A stretch of 64,000 bases of DNA from Methanobacteriota archaeon (GCA_034659935.1 JAYEIC010000020.1:5258-69257), one strand, 5' to 3'. Shown: positions 37,529-48,694, numbered from the stretch's first letter. Numbers and translations: made by a program. Notes: a model not told the origin generated them from the sequence alone.

Positions 37529-38302
37529 ATGTCAAAAGCGATCATCTCACTGGAAGATGTCTGGTTCCGTTACAAAGACAGAACAGTCGTTGAAGGAGTA
37601 AACCTTCAGATCTACGACCACGATTTTCTGGGGATTATCGGCCCTAACGGAGGTGGCAAGACCACACTACTTAAACTGATTCTCGGCCTGATCACTCCGG
37701 ACCGTGGAAGAATAAGAGTTCTGGGCGGAAACCCGCGGGAACACAGAACATCCATAGGCTATGTCCCCCAGTACCGCACTTTTGACTTCGCCTTCCCGAT
37801 AAGCGTAAGCCAGATGGTTCTGACGGGCCGTCTCGGCCACATCCATAAAACATTCAGGAAATACAGCAGAGAAGACCATGAAATCGTAAAAAACTGCCTG
37901 GAGATGATGGAGATATATGATCTGCGAGACCGTCAGGTAGGTCAGTTATCAGGCGGCCAGCAGCAGAAGGTGATGCTCGCACGTGCACTTGCCACCAACC
38001 CAAGAATCCTGCTACTTGATGAACCCACAAACCATGTAGACCCCCGGACTGAGGTGAACTTCTTTGAGATCTTAAAAAAACTTCACACAGAGATAGCAAT
38101 AGTTGTTGTAAGCCATGATATCGGCGCAATATCCACATACGTCGACCGTATCGCCTGTATGAACCAAAAACTCTACATCCACGACTCACCTGAAATCACG
38201 GGTGAAATGCTCGCAGAGACATACAGATGCCCGGTTGAACTCATCGCACACGGAGTTCCACACAGGGTGTTAGAAGAGCACAAAAATATGGAGAATAAAT
38301 GA
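37529..38302 (+). CDS. Metal ABC transporter ATP-binding protein
   Basis: 257 aa. Walker A GPNGGGKTT, signature LSGGQQQ, Walker B LLLDEP. Confidence 0.9.
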   Translation: MSKAIISLEDVWFRYKDRTVVEGVNLQIYDHDFLGIIGPNGGGKTTLLKLILGLITPDRGRIRVLGGNPREHRTSIGYVPQYRTFDFAFPISVSQMVLTGRLGHIHKTFRKYSREDHEIVKNCLEMMEIYDLRDRQVGQLSGGQQQKVMLARALATNPRILLLDEPTNHVDPRTEVNFFEILKKLHTEIAIVVVSHDIGAISTYVDRIACMNQKLYIHDSPEITGEMLAETYRCPVELIAHGVPHRVLEEHKNMENK

Positions 38303-39126
38303 TCGAAATTCTCTGTTTTGAATTTTTCAGAAACGCCCTCGCTGCCGGACTTCTTGCAAGCATCGCATGCGGAATAATGGGAACATATGTAGTAGTAAAG
38401 AAGATTTCATTCATCAGCGGCGGAATATCACACTCCGCATTTGGTGGAATAGGTCTGGGATACCTTCTGGGTTTCAGCCCGATAACAGGAGCCATAATAT
38501 TCAGCCTTGCAGCAGCCCTTGGTATCGGAATTGCAAGCAAAAATGGTGGCGAAAACGAGGACACACTGATCGCAACCATGTGGGCGACCGGGATGGCACT
38601 AGGTATCCTGTTTATCTCCCTTGCACCGGGTTATGCACCTGACCTGATGAGTTACCTCTTTGGAAACATACTCTTTGTCACAGCAGGGGACCTCACTCTG
38701 ATGCTCATTCTTGACGCGGCAATAGTCTGCATTGTCTGGTTATTTTACAATGAATTCCTTGCCATCTCCTTTGACGAGGAATTTGCCACCATAATGAATA
38801 TCCCCGTTGAGAGACTCTGCCTGCTCTTACTCTGCTTAATCGCACTCACTGTCGTCATGCTGATAAAAGTTGTCGGTGTAATTCTTGTAATCGCACTCCT
38901 CACAATACCTGCTGCAATAGCACAGGAGCACAGCGAAAACTTAAAGAAAATCATGTTTATTGCAATTATTCTGGGCATTGTATTCACATGTACCGGAATG
39001 TGGATCTCTTATCTTGCAGATGTGCCGTCAGGTGCCACAATAATCATCGTGGCAGCCATAGCATATTTCATTTCAATGGGACTGCAAAAAATCAGAAAGA
39101 AAAAGACTACAGCTTCTCTGCAATAA
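38299..39126 (+). CDS. Metal ABC transporter permease (ZnuB/TroC-like)
   Basis: 275 aa, polytopic. ABC-3 family look. ATGA overlap with the ATPase gene. Confidence 0.88.
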   Translation: MIEILCFEFFRNALAAGLLASIACGIMGTYVVVKKISFISGGISHSAFGGIGLGYLLGFSPITGAIIFSLAAALGIGIASKNGGENEDTLIATMWATGMALGILFISLAPGYAPDLMSYLFGNILFVTAGDLTLMLILDAAIVCIVWLFYNEFLAISFDEEFATIMNIPVERLCLLLLCLIALTVVMLIKVVGVILVIALLTIPAAIAQEHSENLKKIMFIAIILGIVFTCTGMWISYLADVPSGATIIIVAAIAYFISMGLQKIRKKKTTASLQ

Positions 39127-40330
39127 GATAATGGCGGTGATGCCCGGTGACCCGAACCTTCCATACAGACCCGACAGGAAGTTCTTCCATCACTACTATG
39201 TTCATGTATGAATGGTCACGTGCTACAACAGAACCGGCCTTTTTCTGTTCTGTTACCCTGACATCAGGCACCCTTCCCACATAACTCTCGTTTACTTCAT
39301 CATAGATGGCATTTGCAGTCTTTGTTAAGAGACGTGAACGGTCTTTCTTTATCCTGTCAGGCAGGTCATGATACTTTTCAGCATCTGTGCCCGGTCTTGT
39401 GGAGAAACGGGTGATATTCACCTTTCCGGGACGCGTCCTTCTTATGAGAGAGAGTGTCTCTGCAAAATCCTCATCTGTTTCAGTCGGAAAACCTACTATA
39501 AAATCAGTTGAAATGCGAACATCAGGCATCTCTGCCCTGAAAGCATCCACAATTTTTACAAAATCTTCTGCATGGTAACCCCGGTTCATGGTATCAAGGA
39601 CATGATCCGAACCCGACTGAACAGGCATATGGACAAAGGAAAATATTTTTTTGAGAGCGAATGCAGGTACCAGTTCATCAAGGATCGGTATAACAGTGGC
39701 AGGATTCATCATCCCTACACGGACAGAGAAATCACCGGGAATCTCGTTTATCGCATACAGGAGTTCTGCAAGATTAGTCCCGCAGTCAAGTCCGTACGCA
39801 CTTACGTCCTGCCCGGTGAGCTGGATCTCTCCCGCACCAAGTGATACCAGCCGCTCCACCTCAGCAACAATTGTACTCTCAGAAAAACTCTTCAGCCTGC
39901 CCCGTGCCGATCTTGTAATGCAATATGAACATCTGCCAAGACAGCCGGTGCCCATCTGCACCACACCGACACCAGGCATAGTAAGTGCACCCACTCTCAT
40001 ATTGCACCTGTATAACTCTTCAGGCAGGATAATATGAGAGTCAGGGCATACAGAACGGATCAGATCCGCCTGAATCACCGGCATACAACCGGTCACAACA
40101 ATTAACACCTCCTTTCTGTTATCTGCAAACTCAGAAATGCGCCTCAGCATAGTACGTTCTGTTGCACCGATTACAGTGCAGGTATTAATTACAAATACGT
40201 CTGCATCCTCTGCAGGTACCTGTACACAACCCTGTTCAACTGCAGTTTCAATGAGTTTCTCCGTATCTGCATGATTAAAAGTGCAGCCGTAGGATTCCAC
40301 ATATATTTTTTTATTTCTGAGAGTTTGCAT
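39107..40330 (-). CDS. MiaB-like methylthiotransferase, archaeal/eukaryotic MtaB (CDKAL1) type
   Basis: 407 aa. UPF0004 N-domain (YVESYGCTFNHADTE), radical-SAM CLGRCSYC, C-terminal TRAM-like domain. Confidence 0.85.
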   Translation of the reverse strand: MQTLRNKKIYVESYGCTFNHADTEKLIETAVEQGCVQVPAEDADVFVINTCTVIGATERTMLRRISEFADNRKEVLIVVTGCMPVIQADLIRSVCPDSHIILPEELYRCNMRVGALTMPGVGVVQMGTGCLGRCSYCITRSARGRLKSFSESTIVAEVERLVSLGAGEIQLTGQDVSAYGLDCGTNLAELLYAINEIPGDFSVRVGMMNPATVIPILDELVPAFALKKIFSFVHMPVQSGSDHVLDTMNRGYHAEDFVKIVDAFRAEMPDVRISTDFIVGFPTETDEDFAETLSLIRRTRPGKVNITRFSTRPGTDAEKYHDLPDRIKKDRSRLLTKTANAIYDEVNESYVGRVPDVRVTEQKKAGSVVARDHSYMNIVVMEELPVGSVWKVRVTGHHRHYLIAEKL

Positions 40331-40490
40331 TGACCTGACCTGTTTCCGTTCTGGTTCTCTGGTTCCTTATATCGGTATATATTAGTCACTCATCTGATGA
40401 AATAACCGGCACCCGGGCGGGCACCCACACCCGAGACCATATATTCAGGAGCATAAAGCCTGAATGATCTAATGATAACAATCTATTGTG

Positions 40491-40521
40491 GACAATTTGT
40501 CATTACGATTGACAATTTGTC
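40491..40521. promoter_or_regulatory. Two identical 11-bp palindromes spaced 20 bp apart (operator-like)
   Basis: GACAATTTGTC at 40491-40501 and again at 40511-40521. Each is GACAA-T-TTGTC. They lie in the 348-bp spacer between proX and the methylthiotransferase gene. Confidence 0.35.
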
Positions 40522-40678
40522 CAAAACCTTTTCCCCGATGTGTCTGGGATGATTAAGAGATATGCTCAGTTAAAGCTTAAATCACTTGCAGAGGGATTCC
40601 CTGCTAATGCATCAATTAGATCACCGGGATTAAAGACAAAAGGATTTTTTACGCTTTATTTTTTTAAAAAAAAAGGGA

Positions 40679-41572
40679 TTAATTTCCAATCCATTCTGAA
40701 ACCATGTCAGGATGTGATTTAATCCATTCACTGGCTGCATCTTCTTCAGAAGCCCCACCCTCAATAGAGAGCATGACAGATTCAATATCATCACTATTCC
40801 AGTGGAAGCGCTCAAGAATTCCATACACTCCGGGCTTCTCCTCTTTCAGACCTTTCTTTGCAAGTGTACCGATATACTCTGCTCCACCATATACACCCTT
40901 TGGATCATCAAGATATTTCAGATTGAACCTGACAAACATCCAGTGTGGAGTCCAGCCAGTTACTACAATCCATTCATTATCGTTGTATGCCTTACTCAGT
41001 TCAGCAGCCATTGCTGCACTGCTGCTTGCCGTGAGTTCATAATCAAGATCATATGATGTTATGGCTTTTTCAGTATTCCCCATAATCCCGGCACCAGACT
41101 CAATGCCTGTAATCCTCTTATCAAATTTGTCTTTGACACCATTCATCTCATCAATGGAATCAATTGTTACATAATCCGGCACTACAAGACCACATTTTGC
41201 ACCATCAAGATTATGGCGGACAAGATCGATATCATCACCATACTTTTCCCAGTAAGACGCCTGCGTTAGAGGAAGCCATGCAGAAGCAGTACAATCAACA
41301 TCACCATCTGCAAGTGCCTGATAAAGCGGCCCTGCATCTACTGCTTTAAGCTCAACATCATAACCTGCCTTCTCAAAGACCTGTTTGAGGACATTGGTAC
41401 TGGCAATTTCAGAATCCCAGAGGACATACCCGATTGAAACAGTACCTTTCGAAGTAGTTTCCTGAGCAGTCTGATTACTCTGATCAGTACAACCGGCAAC
41501 CAGCATACATGAAATAGCTAAAGCTGCAATTAATAAAACAAGAGATAATTTTTTTCGTGACAAACATAACAC
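40679..41572 (-). CDS. proX: Glycine betaine/proline betaine ABC transporter substrate-binding protein
   Basis: 297 aa. Lipobox-like LVAGC. OpuAC-type body with W-rich binding-pocket segments (SIGYVLWDSE, SAWLP, VVTGWTPHWMF). Confidence 0.85.
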   Translation of the reverse strand: MLCLSRKKLSLVLLIAALAISCMLVAGCTDQSNQTAQETTSKGTVSIGYVLWDSEIASTNVLKQVFEKAGYDVELKAVDAGPLYQALADGDVDCTASAWLPLTQASYWEKYGDDIDLVRHNLDGAKCGLVVPDYVTIDSIDEMNGVKDKFDKRITGIESGAGIMGNTEKAITSYDLDYELTASSSAAMAAELSKAYNDNEWIVVTGWTPHWMFVRFNLKYLDDPKGVYGGAEYIGTLAKKGLKEEKPGVYGILERFHWNSDDIESVMLSIEGGASEEDAASEWIKSHPDMVSEWIGN

Positions 41573-41935
41573 ATCCGGAAATAATACATCATCCTGTTAT
41601 TTTAACAAAATGATTATTATTACAGTCAAACTTCTTAAAATTTGACTAAACATATACATGTTGATTATCATTGAAAAAGGTTATGAATAACCATACATTT
41701 CAGTTTCCCCACCCTTACGCACAATAATACATTGTGTTTTTAAATTCATATTACTTGCTATTTTATTACATTTAGTATTACTCATCAACATGAATTTATC
41801 TTCCATATGACTTCATGTAATCTAAAAAAATCTCATGAGACCTCTGGTCACTCATCTAAACCATGAAAATCTGTGTATTTTCTGCCTGCAAAAGAAACAA
41901 GTATCAGACCCCGATTACAAATTTTCATACCAATG

Positions 41936-42074
41936 GAGGCTGTTGCATGAACAGTTTGCTGTAGACAATGAGGGCAATCTCACTGCAAAACAACCCCTAT
42001 TTAGAGTTCAGTTGTCACCTATGTATGACTGGTTGCCCTTATGAGCCAATAAAATTTATTCGTGCAACAGCCTC
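41936..42074 (+). repeat. Structured ~140-nt interspersed repeat, copy 2 (in the proW-proX gap)
   Basis: A 16-bp terminal inverted repeat, GAGGCTGTTGCATGAA / TTCGTGCAACAGCCTC, with one G-T wobble position. Inner stem ATGAGGGCAA/TTGCCCTTAT. Flanked on both sides by AATG. Confidence 0.6.
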
Positions 42075-42121
42075 AATGTCTCCCTTTAATAAGGGTATAT
42101 AAAATGAAAGATATGAATCCA

Positions 42122-42949
42122 TTAGGATTCAATAATGTTCTGTGTAATCCTGTCAAGAATAATAGCAATAATGACAATACAAAGCCCTGCTTCAAATCCA
42201 CCTCCGATATCAACCCGCTGAATACCTTTGAGAACATTCAGACCAAGACCACCTGCACCGATCATCGATGCGATAACTGTCATTGAGAGTGCAAGCATAA
42301 TGCACTGGTTCACACCTGCCATAATCGTCGGCAATGCAACCGGAAGCTGCACCTTGAAAAGTTTCTGCAATGGTGTTGCACCAAAGGCATCAGTAACTTC
42401 TATTAATTCTTTTGAGATCTGGCGTATCCCTAAACTTGTCAGACGTATTGACGGAGGCATTGCAAAAATCACTGTTGCAATAATTCCAGGTACATTTCCC
42501 AGACCAAAGAATATTACCGCCGGAATCAGGTACACAAAAGATGGCATGGTCTGCATTAAATCAAGGAGAGGTCTCAGTAACATATTCACATAATCGTTAT
42601 TGCCTGCAAAAATACCCAACGGAATACCAATTAAAAGAGTAACAACTGTTGATGACAGTACAAGAGCCACAGTCTCCATGGCCTCTTCCCACAACCCCAG
42701 ATTCAGAACTAACAAAAGCCCAATAGCGGTCAGTATACCAAGCTGAAGATTTTTCCGTGTGGCAAACCAGGCAATGACTGCAATAATAACAATTAAGATA
42801 AGCGGAGGAATAAACTGTAGGATATCCTGAAATCCATTCACAAAAATATTCAGTATACCACTAATGCCATCAAGAAGCCATCCAAAATAACAGTCAATCC
42901 ACTCAACAAGAAACTCAGCCCCTGCTCCAAGTGGTATTTTAGATATCAT
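42122..42949 (-). CDS. proW: Glycine betaine ABC transporter permease
   Basis: The track ORF extends to 43000. The likely start is MISKIPLGAG at 42949, which overlaps the proV stop. BPD-transporter fold with an EAA-like segment. Confidence 0.88.
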   Translation of the reverse strand: MISKIPLGAGAEFLVEWIDCYFGWLLDGISGILNIFVNGFQDILQFIPPLILIVIIAVIAWFATRKNLQLGILTAIGLLLVLNLGLWEEAMETVALVLSSTVVTLLIGIPLGIFAGNNDYVNMLLRPLLDLMQTMPSFVYLIPAVIFFGLGNVPGIIATVIFAMPPSIRLTSLGIRQISKELIEVTDAFGATPLQKLFKVQLPVALPTIMAGVNQCIMLALSMTVIASMIGAGGLGLNVLKGIQRVDIGGGFEAGLCIVIIAIILDRITQNIIES

Positions 42950-44171
42950 CTGATTCCACCTCCATACGTGCCAGTGCCGCAAGCACTGAACCTCTGACAA
43001 TAATACCTCTTATCTTCTCTGTCTCATCTGTCACTGCAACAGGATATTTACTATCAGCTATCATTGGAATAATATCTGATACCTGCATATCAATACTAAT
43101 AACAGGAGAATCTGTAATCAGAATATCCTGCAGTGATTTATGGGAATGCATTGCCTCAATTACGTCATCAACCAGTACAAGTCCCCTGAATTTCCGAAAT
43201 TTTGTCACTACAAATACACTTGAGATACCATACTCCTTCATAAGCCTGAGAGCATTTCTTGGCCCGGAATCAAGAGAGAGCAAGGGTTCTGGCCGTTTCA
43301 TAACATCCTCTGCTGTGAGGACTTTCGCCATATCCACATCTGCCACGAACTGTTCTACATATTCATTTGAAGGATTTGTCAATATCTCTTCTGTGGTACC
43401 GATCTGGACGATTTCCCCATCCTTCATCAATGCGATACGATCTCCAAGTTTTAGTGCTTCGTCAAGATCATGACTGACAAATATGATCGTCTTGTTTACG
43501 CGCTCCTGCAGATCAAGCAGTTCATCCTGCATATCACGGCGGATTAATGGATCCAGAGCACTGAACGCTTCATCCATCAGCAGAATATCGGCATCACTGG
43601 CAAGTGCCCTTGCAAGACCTACACGCTGCTGCATACCACCACTCAATTCTGAGGGTTTGCTCTCTTCATAGCCCTCCAGACCAACAAGCTCTATCGCCTC
43701 CTGCGCCTTTGCGTAGCGCTCATCTGATGACACACCCTGGATTTCCAGACCAAATGACACATTGTCAATCACCTTACGATGAGGAAGAAGCGCAAAGCTC
43801 TGAAAGATCATCCCGATTTTGTGGCGCCGGAATTCTCTGATTTCGTTCTGATCCATTGACTCGACAGAGGCACCGTCAATATAAATCTCTCCTGCAGTCG
43901 GTTTGATCAGACGGTTCAGAGTTCGCAATAATGTGGATTTACCACAACCCGATAAACCCATCAAAACAAATATTTCACCTTCATATACTTCAAAAGAGAC
44001 ATTTTTGAGTGCAACATTCTGCCCTGTTTTTTCTAAAATCTCCTGTTTAGAATAATTTTTATCCAGAAGGTCCAGCGCTTTTGCTGGTTTTGTACCAAAT
44101 ATTTTTACGAGATCAGTCACCCTGACTTTAATTTCTTTTTTATTATATTCAGTTTCCATAGGATTGTCCAT
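42939..44171 (-). CDS. proV: Glycine betaine ABC transporter ATPase with tandem C-terminal CBS domains
   Basis: 410 aa. Walker A GLSGCGKST, signature LSGGMQQR, Walker B ILLMDEAFS, followed by a CBS pair. Confidence 0.9.
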   Translation of the reverse strand: MDNPMETEYNKKEIKVRVTDLVKIFGTKPAKALDLLDKNYSKQEILEKTGQNVALKNVSFEVYEGEIFVLMGLSGCGKSTLLRTLNRLIKPTAGEIYIDGASVESMDQNEIREFRRHKIGMIFQSFALLPHRKVIDNVSFGLEIQGVSSDERYAKAQEAIELVGLEGYEESKPSELSGGMQQRVGLARALASDADILLMDEAFSALDPLIRRDMQDELLDLQERVNKTIIFVSHDLDEALKLGDRIALMKDGEIVQIGTTEEILTNPSNEYVEQFVADVDMAKVLTAEDVMKRPEPLLSLDSGPRNALRLMKEYGISSVFVVTKFRKFRGLVLVDDVIEAMHSHKSLQDILITDSPVISIDMQVSDIIPMIADSKYPVAVTDETEKIRGIIVRGSVLAALARMEVESDDI

Positions 44172-44441
44172 TAATTAAACCTCAGAAAAAAGAACGTATA
44201 TTCTCATACGCTTATTTCACATCTATACCATCTTTCGTGAACCTTAGTATTAGTTTCGGTAAGTGAAATTCACAAGTATATAGGATTTTTTTACTGTATA
44301 CGACAGCCAGGAAGGACAAATTCTAAATTATACCGAGAATATGAACAAAATCCAGATTTAGTAGCTTATAAACTTTAAATTTAAAAAATATACGTACATT
44401 TGCCATATATTGACTGATAGAATATTATAGACACATATCAC

Positions 44442-44909
44442 TCACCCCACCATATTCAGATTTTTCTGCATTACAATCCTATCTTCACCCTCACCAAAAT
44501 AAGAGGGAATTTCATCAGTAATTTCAAAACCATGTTTTTCATACATACTGCAGGCAGGGAGATTTTCGGGAGATACGGTCAGGAAAAGGTTTCCCACACC
44601 TTTAACCTCCATCAGTTCTATGATCCGGAAAAACATCATCTCCCCCGTTTTTCTGCCACGAAAGCCTTTCCTGACCACCATACGGATAATCCAGCCTTCT
44701 TCAGATCTGCCCTGCACAACAGCGCCTATGGTATATCCGATTATTTCGCCACCAGATTCAGCAACCAGAAATGTATCAGGAAACAGGAGACCTGCCTGCC
44801 GGATGAAGACAGCCTGTGAATACGGCTCAGGCTCACTGCACTCTGCACCTTCTATCGCACATACAGCAGAAAAATCACCATCAGAATATTTTCGGATTAT
44901 AAGAGCCAT
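44442..44909 (-). CDS. GNAT N-acetyltransferase (RimI-like)
   Basis: 155 aa. Acetyl-CoA motif RGRKTGEMMF. Confidence 0.7.
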   Translation of the reverse strand: MALIIRKYSDGDFSAVCAIEGAECSEPEPYSQAVFIRQAGLLFPDTFLVAESGGEIIGYTIGAVVQGRSEEGWIIRMVVRKGFRGRKTGEMMFFRIIELMEVKGVGNLFLTVSPENLPACSMYEKHGFEITDEIPSYFGEGEDRIVMQKNLNMVG

Positions 44910-45042
44910 TGTAAATCATATTGGCAATCTGTCAAAAAAATGATTTGGGATGCAGGAGGTTAACAGGAGGTTAATTACTGTGTACCGATTCACCGGAAAG
45001 CATCTGCCGGAAAACATTCACTGCAAAACGTTTCACTACAGA

Positions 45043-46047
45043 TCATGCCCCCAGGATATAAGAGAGATATTTCTCCTGCTCAAGCAGTGCGTCCACAATA
45101 ACAAGAGCAAGCATACTCTCTGCAACAGGCACAATTCTGGGGGCGATGCAGGGGTCATGCCTTCCGCTGACTGAGATGACCGTATCCCTGCCCGTCAGAT
45201 CAACAGTCATCTGTTCCTTCTCTATTGAAGGGGTGGGTTTCACGGCAAGCCTCACAACAATCACATCGCCGTTTGAGATCCCGCCAAGGATTCCGCCTGC
45301 ATGATTGCTCAGGAATCCTGTGCTGCAGATCTCATCATTGGTCTCACTCCCAAAAAGATGTGCAACGCCAAAACCCTCCCCGATTTCAACACCTTTCACA
45401 CTGCCTATCGACATCATCGCAGCAGCAATACCTGCATCCAGTTTTCCAAATACCGGATCCCCGAGTCCGGCAGGACAGTTCTCTGCACAGACCTCAACAA
45501 TACCTCCCACAGAATCACCGGATGCCTGTGCAGAACGGATCTCTGCCTCCATCTCCGCAGGTGTTTTCGCACCATGCACCTCAGTCATCCTGCCGGAGAT
45601 TAAAATCCCGCGTTCCCTTAAGATCTTCCCTGCAAGGGCACCTGCCATAACTCTTGAAACGGTCTCCCTGCCGGAACTTCTGCCACCGCCCCTGTAGTCA
45701 CGAATCCCATACTTCTTCCTGTACGTAAAATCCGCATGACCGGGCCGGAAGAGCTCTCTTATTTTCCCATAGTCACCACTACGGACATCTTTGTTGTATA
45801 CCAGCATCGCAACCGGAGTTCCGGTTGTAAGACCCTCAAAGACACCTGAGAGAATCTCCACCCTGTCCGGTTCACGACGCGGAGAGGAGAGAGAACTCTG
45901 ACCCGGCCTCCTGCGGTCAAGCATCTCCTGCAGATCATCTTCATCAAAAGGTATGCCCGGGGGGCACCCGTCCACTACCACGCCAAGTGCCCGCCCGTGG
46001 CTTTCACCAAAAGTCGTACACCTGAAATTACGTCCGAACGTATTCAT
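45043..46047 (-). CDS. aroC: Chorismate synthase
   Basis: 334 aa. N-terminus [15 protein letters not shown] and [10 protein letters not shown] motif. Confidence 0.9.
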   Translation of the reverse strand: MNTFGRNFRCTTFGESHGRALGVVVDGCPPGIPFDEDDLQEMLDRRRPGQSSLSSPRREPDRVEILSGVFEGLTTGTPVAMLVYNKDVRSGDYGKIRELFRPGHADFTYRKKYGIRDYRGGGRSSGRETVSRVMAGALAGKILRERGILISGRMTEVHGAKTPAEMEAEIRSAQASGDSVGGIVEVCAENCPAGLGDPVFGKLDAGIAAAMMSIGSVKGVEIGEGFGVAHLFGSETNDEICSTGFLSNHAGGILGGISNGDVIVVRLAVKPTPSIEKEQMTVDLTGRDTVISVSGRHDPCIAPRIVPVAESMLALVIVDALLEQEKYLSYILGA

Positions 46048-47429
46048 TTCATCATCTCCCTGACATGCCCGGGTTCAACCTCAATTCCCGTAAATATCCT
46101 GAACTGTTCACATAACTGATGAACAAACATCTCCTCGCCGGATATGCAGGTACACCCGGCAGCACCGGCGAGAATAAGCAGAGGGGTTTTTGGCGGGGTG
46201 TAGACCAGATCAAAGACAGTCATACTCTCTCTCAACTGATCGCGGGTAAGAATCGAACCTCCGTTTTTGCCCATACCCACTGGCGTTGCGTTCACCACAA
46301 CATCCGGTGAAAGACTGCCAAAATCATTTAGGGCACCAGAACTGCACCCGAACCGCTCTGCAACCTCTGCCGCCCGATCTTCATTCCGGTTTAGCACAGT
46401 AACATCCATACCAAGATCCTTCATCGCATATACGGCACCCATCGCCGCTCCGCCTGCACCAAAGACCACTCCCACTTCACCTTCATGCCCTTCAAGCGGA
46501 CGCCTGACACCGATCCAGTCAGTATTTGAACCATACATCTTCCCCCCACAGTGAAGAACCGTATTTACCGCACCAATAGCCTCTGCATGTGCATCTATTG
46601 AATCCAGATATGGTATCACTGCCTGCTTATGCGGGATTGTCACACTAATACCCCGTACGTCCATCGCGCGTGCATGACGGATAATTTCACCGGCATCTTC
46701 ATACTGAAACCAGGTATAATGGAAATTCAGACGATACTCCTCAAAGAGCCTGTTATAAATGCCCGGGCTTTTGCTGTGAAAACATGGGTTTCCGGCAATT
46801 CCACAGAGACGGAGAGGCGGACTATCAGGCTCTGTCAGGAGACGTTCTACTGTTTCTGACTCCGGAGCCGGAAGGGAGATCTGTCTCATGAAATCCAGTC
46901 CGGACTTTCGCTCTTCACTCCCGGCAAGACCGTTTTTGAGAATGTTAATAATCTTCGCAGAGACCTCATCCACAGAAAGGGTGTCGGTATCGATGCAATA
47001 ATCAGCTGAACTGATATATGCAGGCATCCGTTCACGCAGAAGAACTAAAATCTCATCATGAAGAGGAAATACAGTAAGAGACGGGCGTTCACTGCCACTG
47101 ATTCGCTCTTCAATGAGATCCAGAGTCGTGCAGAGCATAAAAACAGTACTCCCGGCACGGAAATTACGCACATTTACAGGATCCATAACCGCACCACCAC
47201 CAGTACTCACAACAGATGAATACTCCGGGAGTCCTGCAATCACCTCAGACTCTGCCTTCCGAAAAACCTCTTCACCAAAATTTTTGAATATCTCAGAAAC
47301 AGAGAGACCCATCATCTCTTCGACGTGTGCATCAGTATCTATGAAAGGTACAGACAGTCTTTTGGCAAGCTTCAGCCCGACAACAGTCTTACCAGTACCC
47401 CGAAAACCTGTTAAGATTATTCGTTCCAA
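46044..47429 (-). CDS. Fusion protein: P-loop (AroK-type) shikimate kinase plus shikimate 5-dehydrogenase
   Basis: 461 aa. Residues 1-~165 carry [25 protein letters not shown] (AroK/AroL pattern). Residues ~195-461 carry [24 protein letters not shown] (AroE pattern). Confidence 0.85.
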   Translation of the reverse strand: MERIILTGFRGTGKTVVGLKLAKRLSVPFIDTDAHVEEMMGLSVSEIFKNFGEEVFRKAESEVIAGLPEYSSVVSTGGGAVMDPVNVRNFRAGSTVFMLCTTLDLIEERISGSERPSLTVFPLHDEILVLLRERMPAYISSADYCIDTDTLSVDEVSAKIINILKNGLAGSEERKSGLDFMRQISLPAPESETVERLLTEPDSPPLRLCGIAGNPCFHSKSPGIYNRLFEEYRLNFHYTWFQYEDAGEIIRHARAMDVRGISVTIPHKQAVIPYLDSIDAHAEAIGAVNTVLHCGGKMYGSNTDWIGVRRPLEGHEGEVGVVFGAGGAAMGAVYAMKDLGMDVTVLNRNEDRAAEVAERFGCSSGALNDFGSLSPDVVVNATPVGMGKNGGSILTRDQLRESMTVFDLVYTPPKTPLLILAGAAGCTCISGEEMFVHQLCEQFRIFTGIEVEPGHVREMMK

Positions 47430-48694
47430 AGGCCTGCCCCCCTCAGTATATCCCAGAAACCCGGAAAAGACTTACTTACGCATTCTGCAGACTGTATCCT
47501 CACACCACCGGCACCAAGACCGAGAATCGCACCTGCCATTGCTGTCCTGTGATCGTTTTTTGGATCCACCGTGCATCCATAAACCCCTCCAGGGTTTATA
47601 AACAGTTTCCCGTCCAGGTACTCCGTTTTTGCACCACAATTATGAAGCATCTCTTTTATCGCCTCTATCCGGTCACTCTCCTTATAACGGAGATGTTCTA
47701 TCCCGGAAATTACTGTAGGGCTCTCTGCAAAGGCGGCAACCGAACAGAGTGTCTGCACAGTATCAGGCGATGATGACATATCAATCTCAATGCCCCGCAG
47801 CACTCTGTCACGTACAACTTCAACAGAGTCTGCATAATACGTAACCAGACAACCCATCGCCTCAAGGGCAGAGAGAAACTGGAGATCCCCCTGCACAGAC
47901 TCCGGATTTAAGTTATCAACTACCACACGACCACCGCAGACTGCTGCAATTGCAAAAAGATAAGAAGCCGAGGAATAATCTCCCTCTATCCTGTATTCAC
48001 GGCCGGAATACCCACCTGGAGATACAGAGAAATGCCTGTAACCGGAATTTACGACATGAACACCAAATTTCCTCATCACATCCAGTGTAATGTCAAGGTA
48101 CGACTGTGAAACCGCCTCTCCTTCAACTGCAATTCCTACCTGTTCTTTCGCATAAGGAGCAGCGATTAAGAGTGAAGAGACAAACTGGCTGCTGACAGAG
48201 GCATCAAGACTGGTTTCGCCACCATTCAGAGGACCCTCCACCATAAACGGCGGGTACCCATCCTCATTGCAGTATTTTATTCCGCACCCAAGAGTACGAA
48301 GGGCATCCACAAGCGGACCTGCCGGCCTCTCTTTCATCCTCCCGCTCCCGGTTATAAGGACAGATGCGTCAGAAAGGGCAGCAGCAGAAGTAATCAGTCT
48401 CAGGGTCGTGCCGGAATCTCCGCAATCCAGGACCACCTCTCCGGTGCAGGGAAACTTCCCGTTACAGCCGGCAATTCGGATTTCACTCTTATCCTCATCC
48501 TCCTCAACAGAGACGCCCAGACTACGAAGGACACGACATGTTACACTGATATCATCCGATGAGAGGACACCCACTATACTAGATACACCATTCCCCAGTG
48601 CAGCAATGATAAGCGCCCTGTGGGTGTAACTCTTTGAAGGCGGTGCGGAAAAACAAAGATCCACATTCTCCACCCGCTCAAGGTCTACGTCCAT
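47417..48694 (-). CDS. aroA: 3-phosphoshikimate 1-carboxyvinyltransferase (EPSP synthase)
   Basis: 425 aa. PPSKSYTHRALI, DCGDSGTTLR, KESDR motifs. Confidence 0.92.
   Translation of the reverse strand: MDVDLERVENVDLCFSAPPSKSYTHRALIIAALGNGVSSIVGVLSSDDISVTCRVLRSLGVSVEEDEDKSEIRIAGCNGKFPCTGEVVLDCGDSGTTLRLITSAAALSDASVLITGSGRMKERPAGPLVDALRTLGCGIKYCNEDGYPPFMVEGPLNGGETSLDASVSSQFVSSLLIAAPYAKEQVGIAVEGEAVSQSYLDITLDVMRKFGVHVVNSGYRHFSVSPGGYSGREYRIEGDYSSASYLFAIAAVCGGRVVVDNLNPESVQGDLQFLSALEAMGCLVTYYADSVEVVRDRVLRGIEIDMSSSPDTVQTLCSVAAFAESPTVISGIEHLRYKESDRIEAIKEMLHNCGAKTEYLDGKLFINPGGVYGCTVDPKNDHRTAMAGAILGLGAGGVRIQSAECVSKSFPGFWDILRGAGLWNE

Noticed and set aside
40540-40722. 60-aa ORF downstream of the tandem palindromes, a possible regulated small gene.
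   Set aside because: It has a GTG start, overlaps the 3' end of proX on the other strand and runs through the oligo-A/T terminator region. Its composition looks non-coding.
41835-42044. 69-aa ORF in the proW-proX spacer, and the ORFs 19639..19833 and 19685..19921 in the atpI-atpK spacer.
   Set aside because: The first runs across the structured repeat element. The others have no start context, motifs or partners. All sit in spacers that are better explained by repeat insertion.
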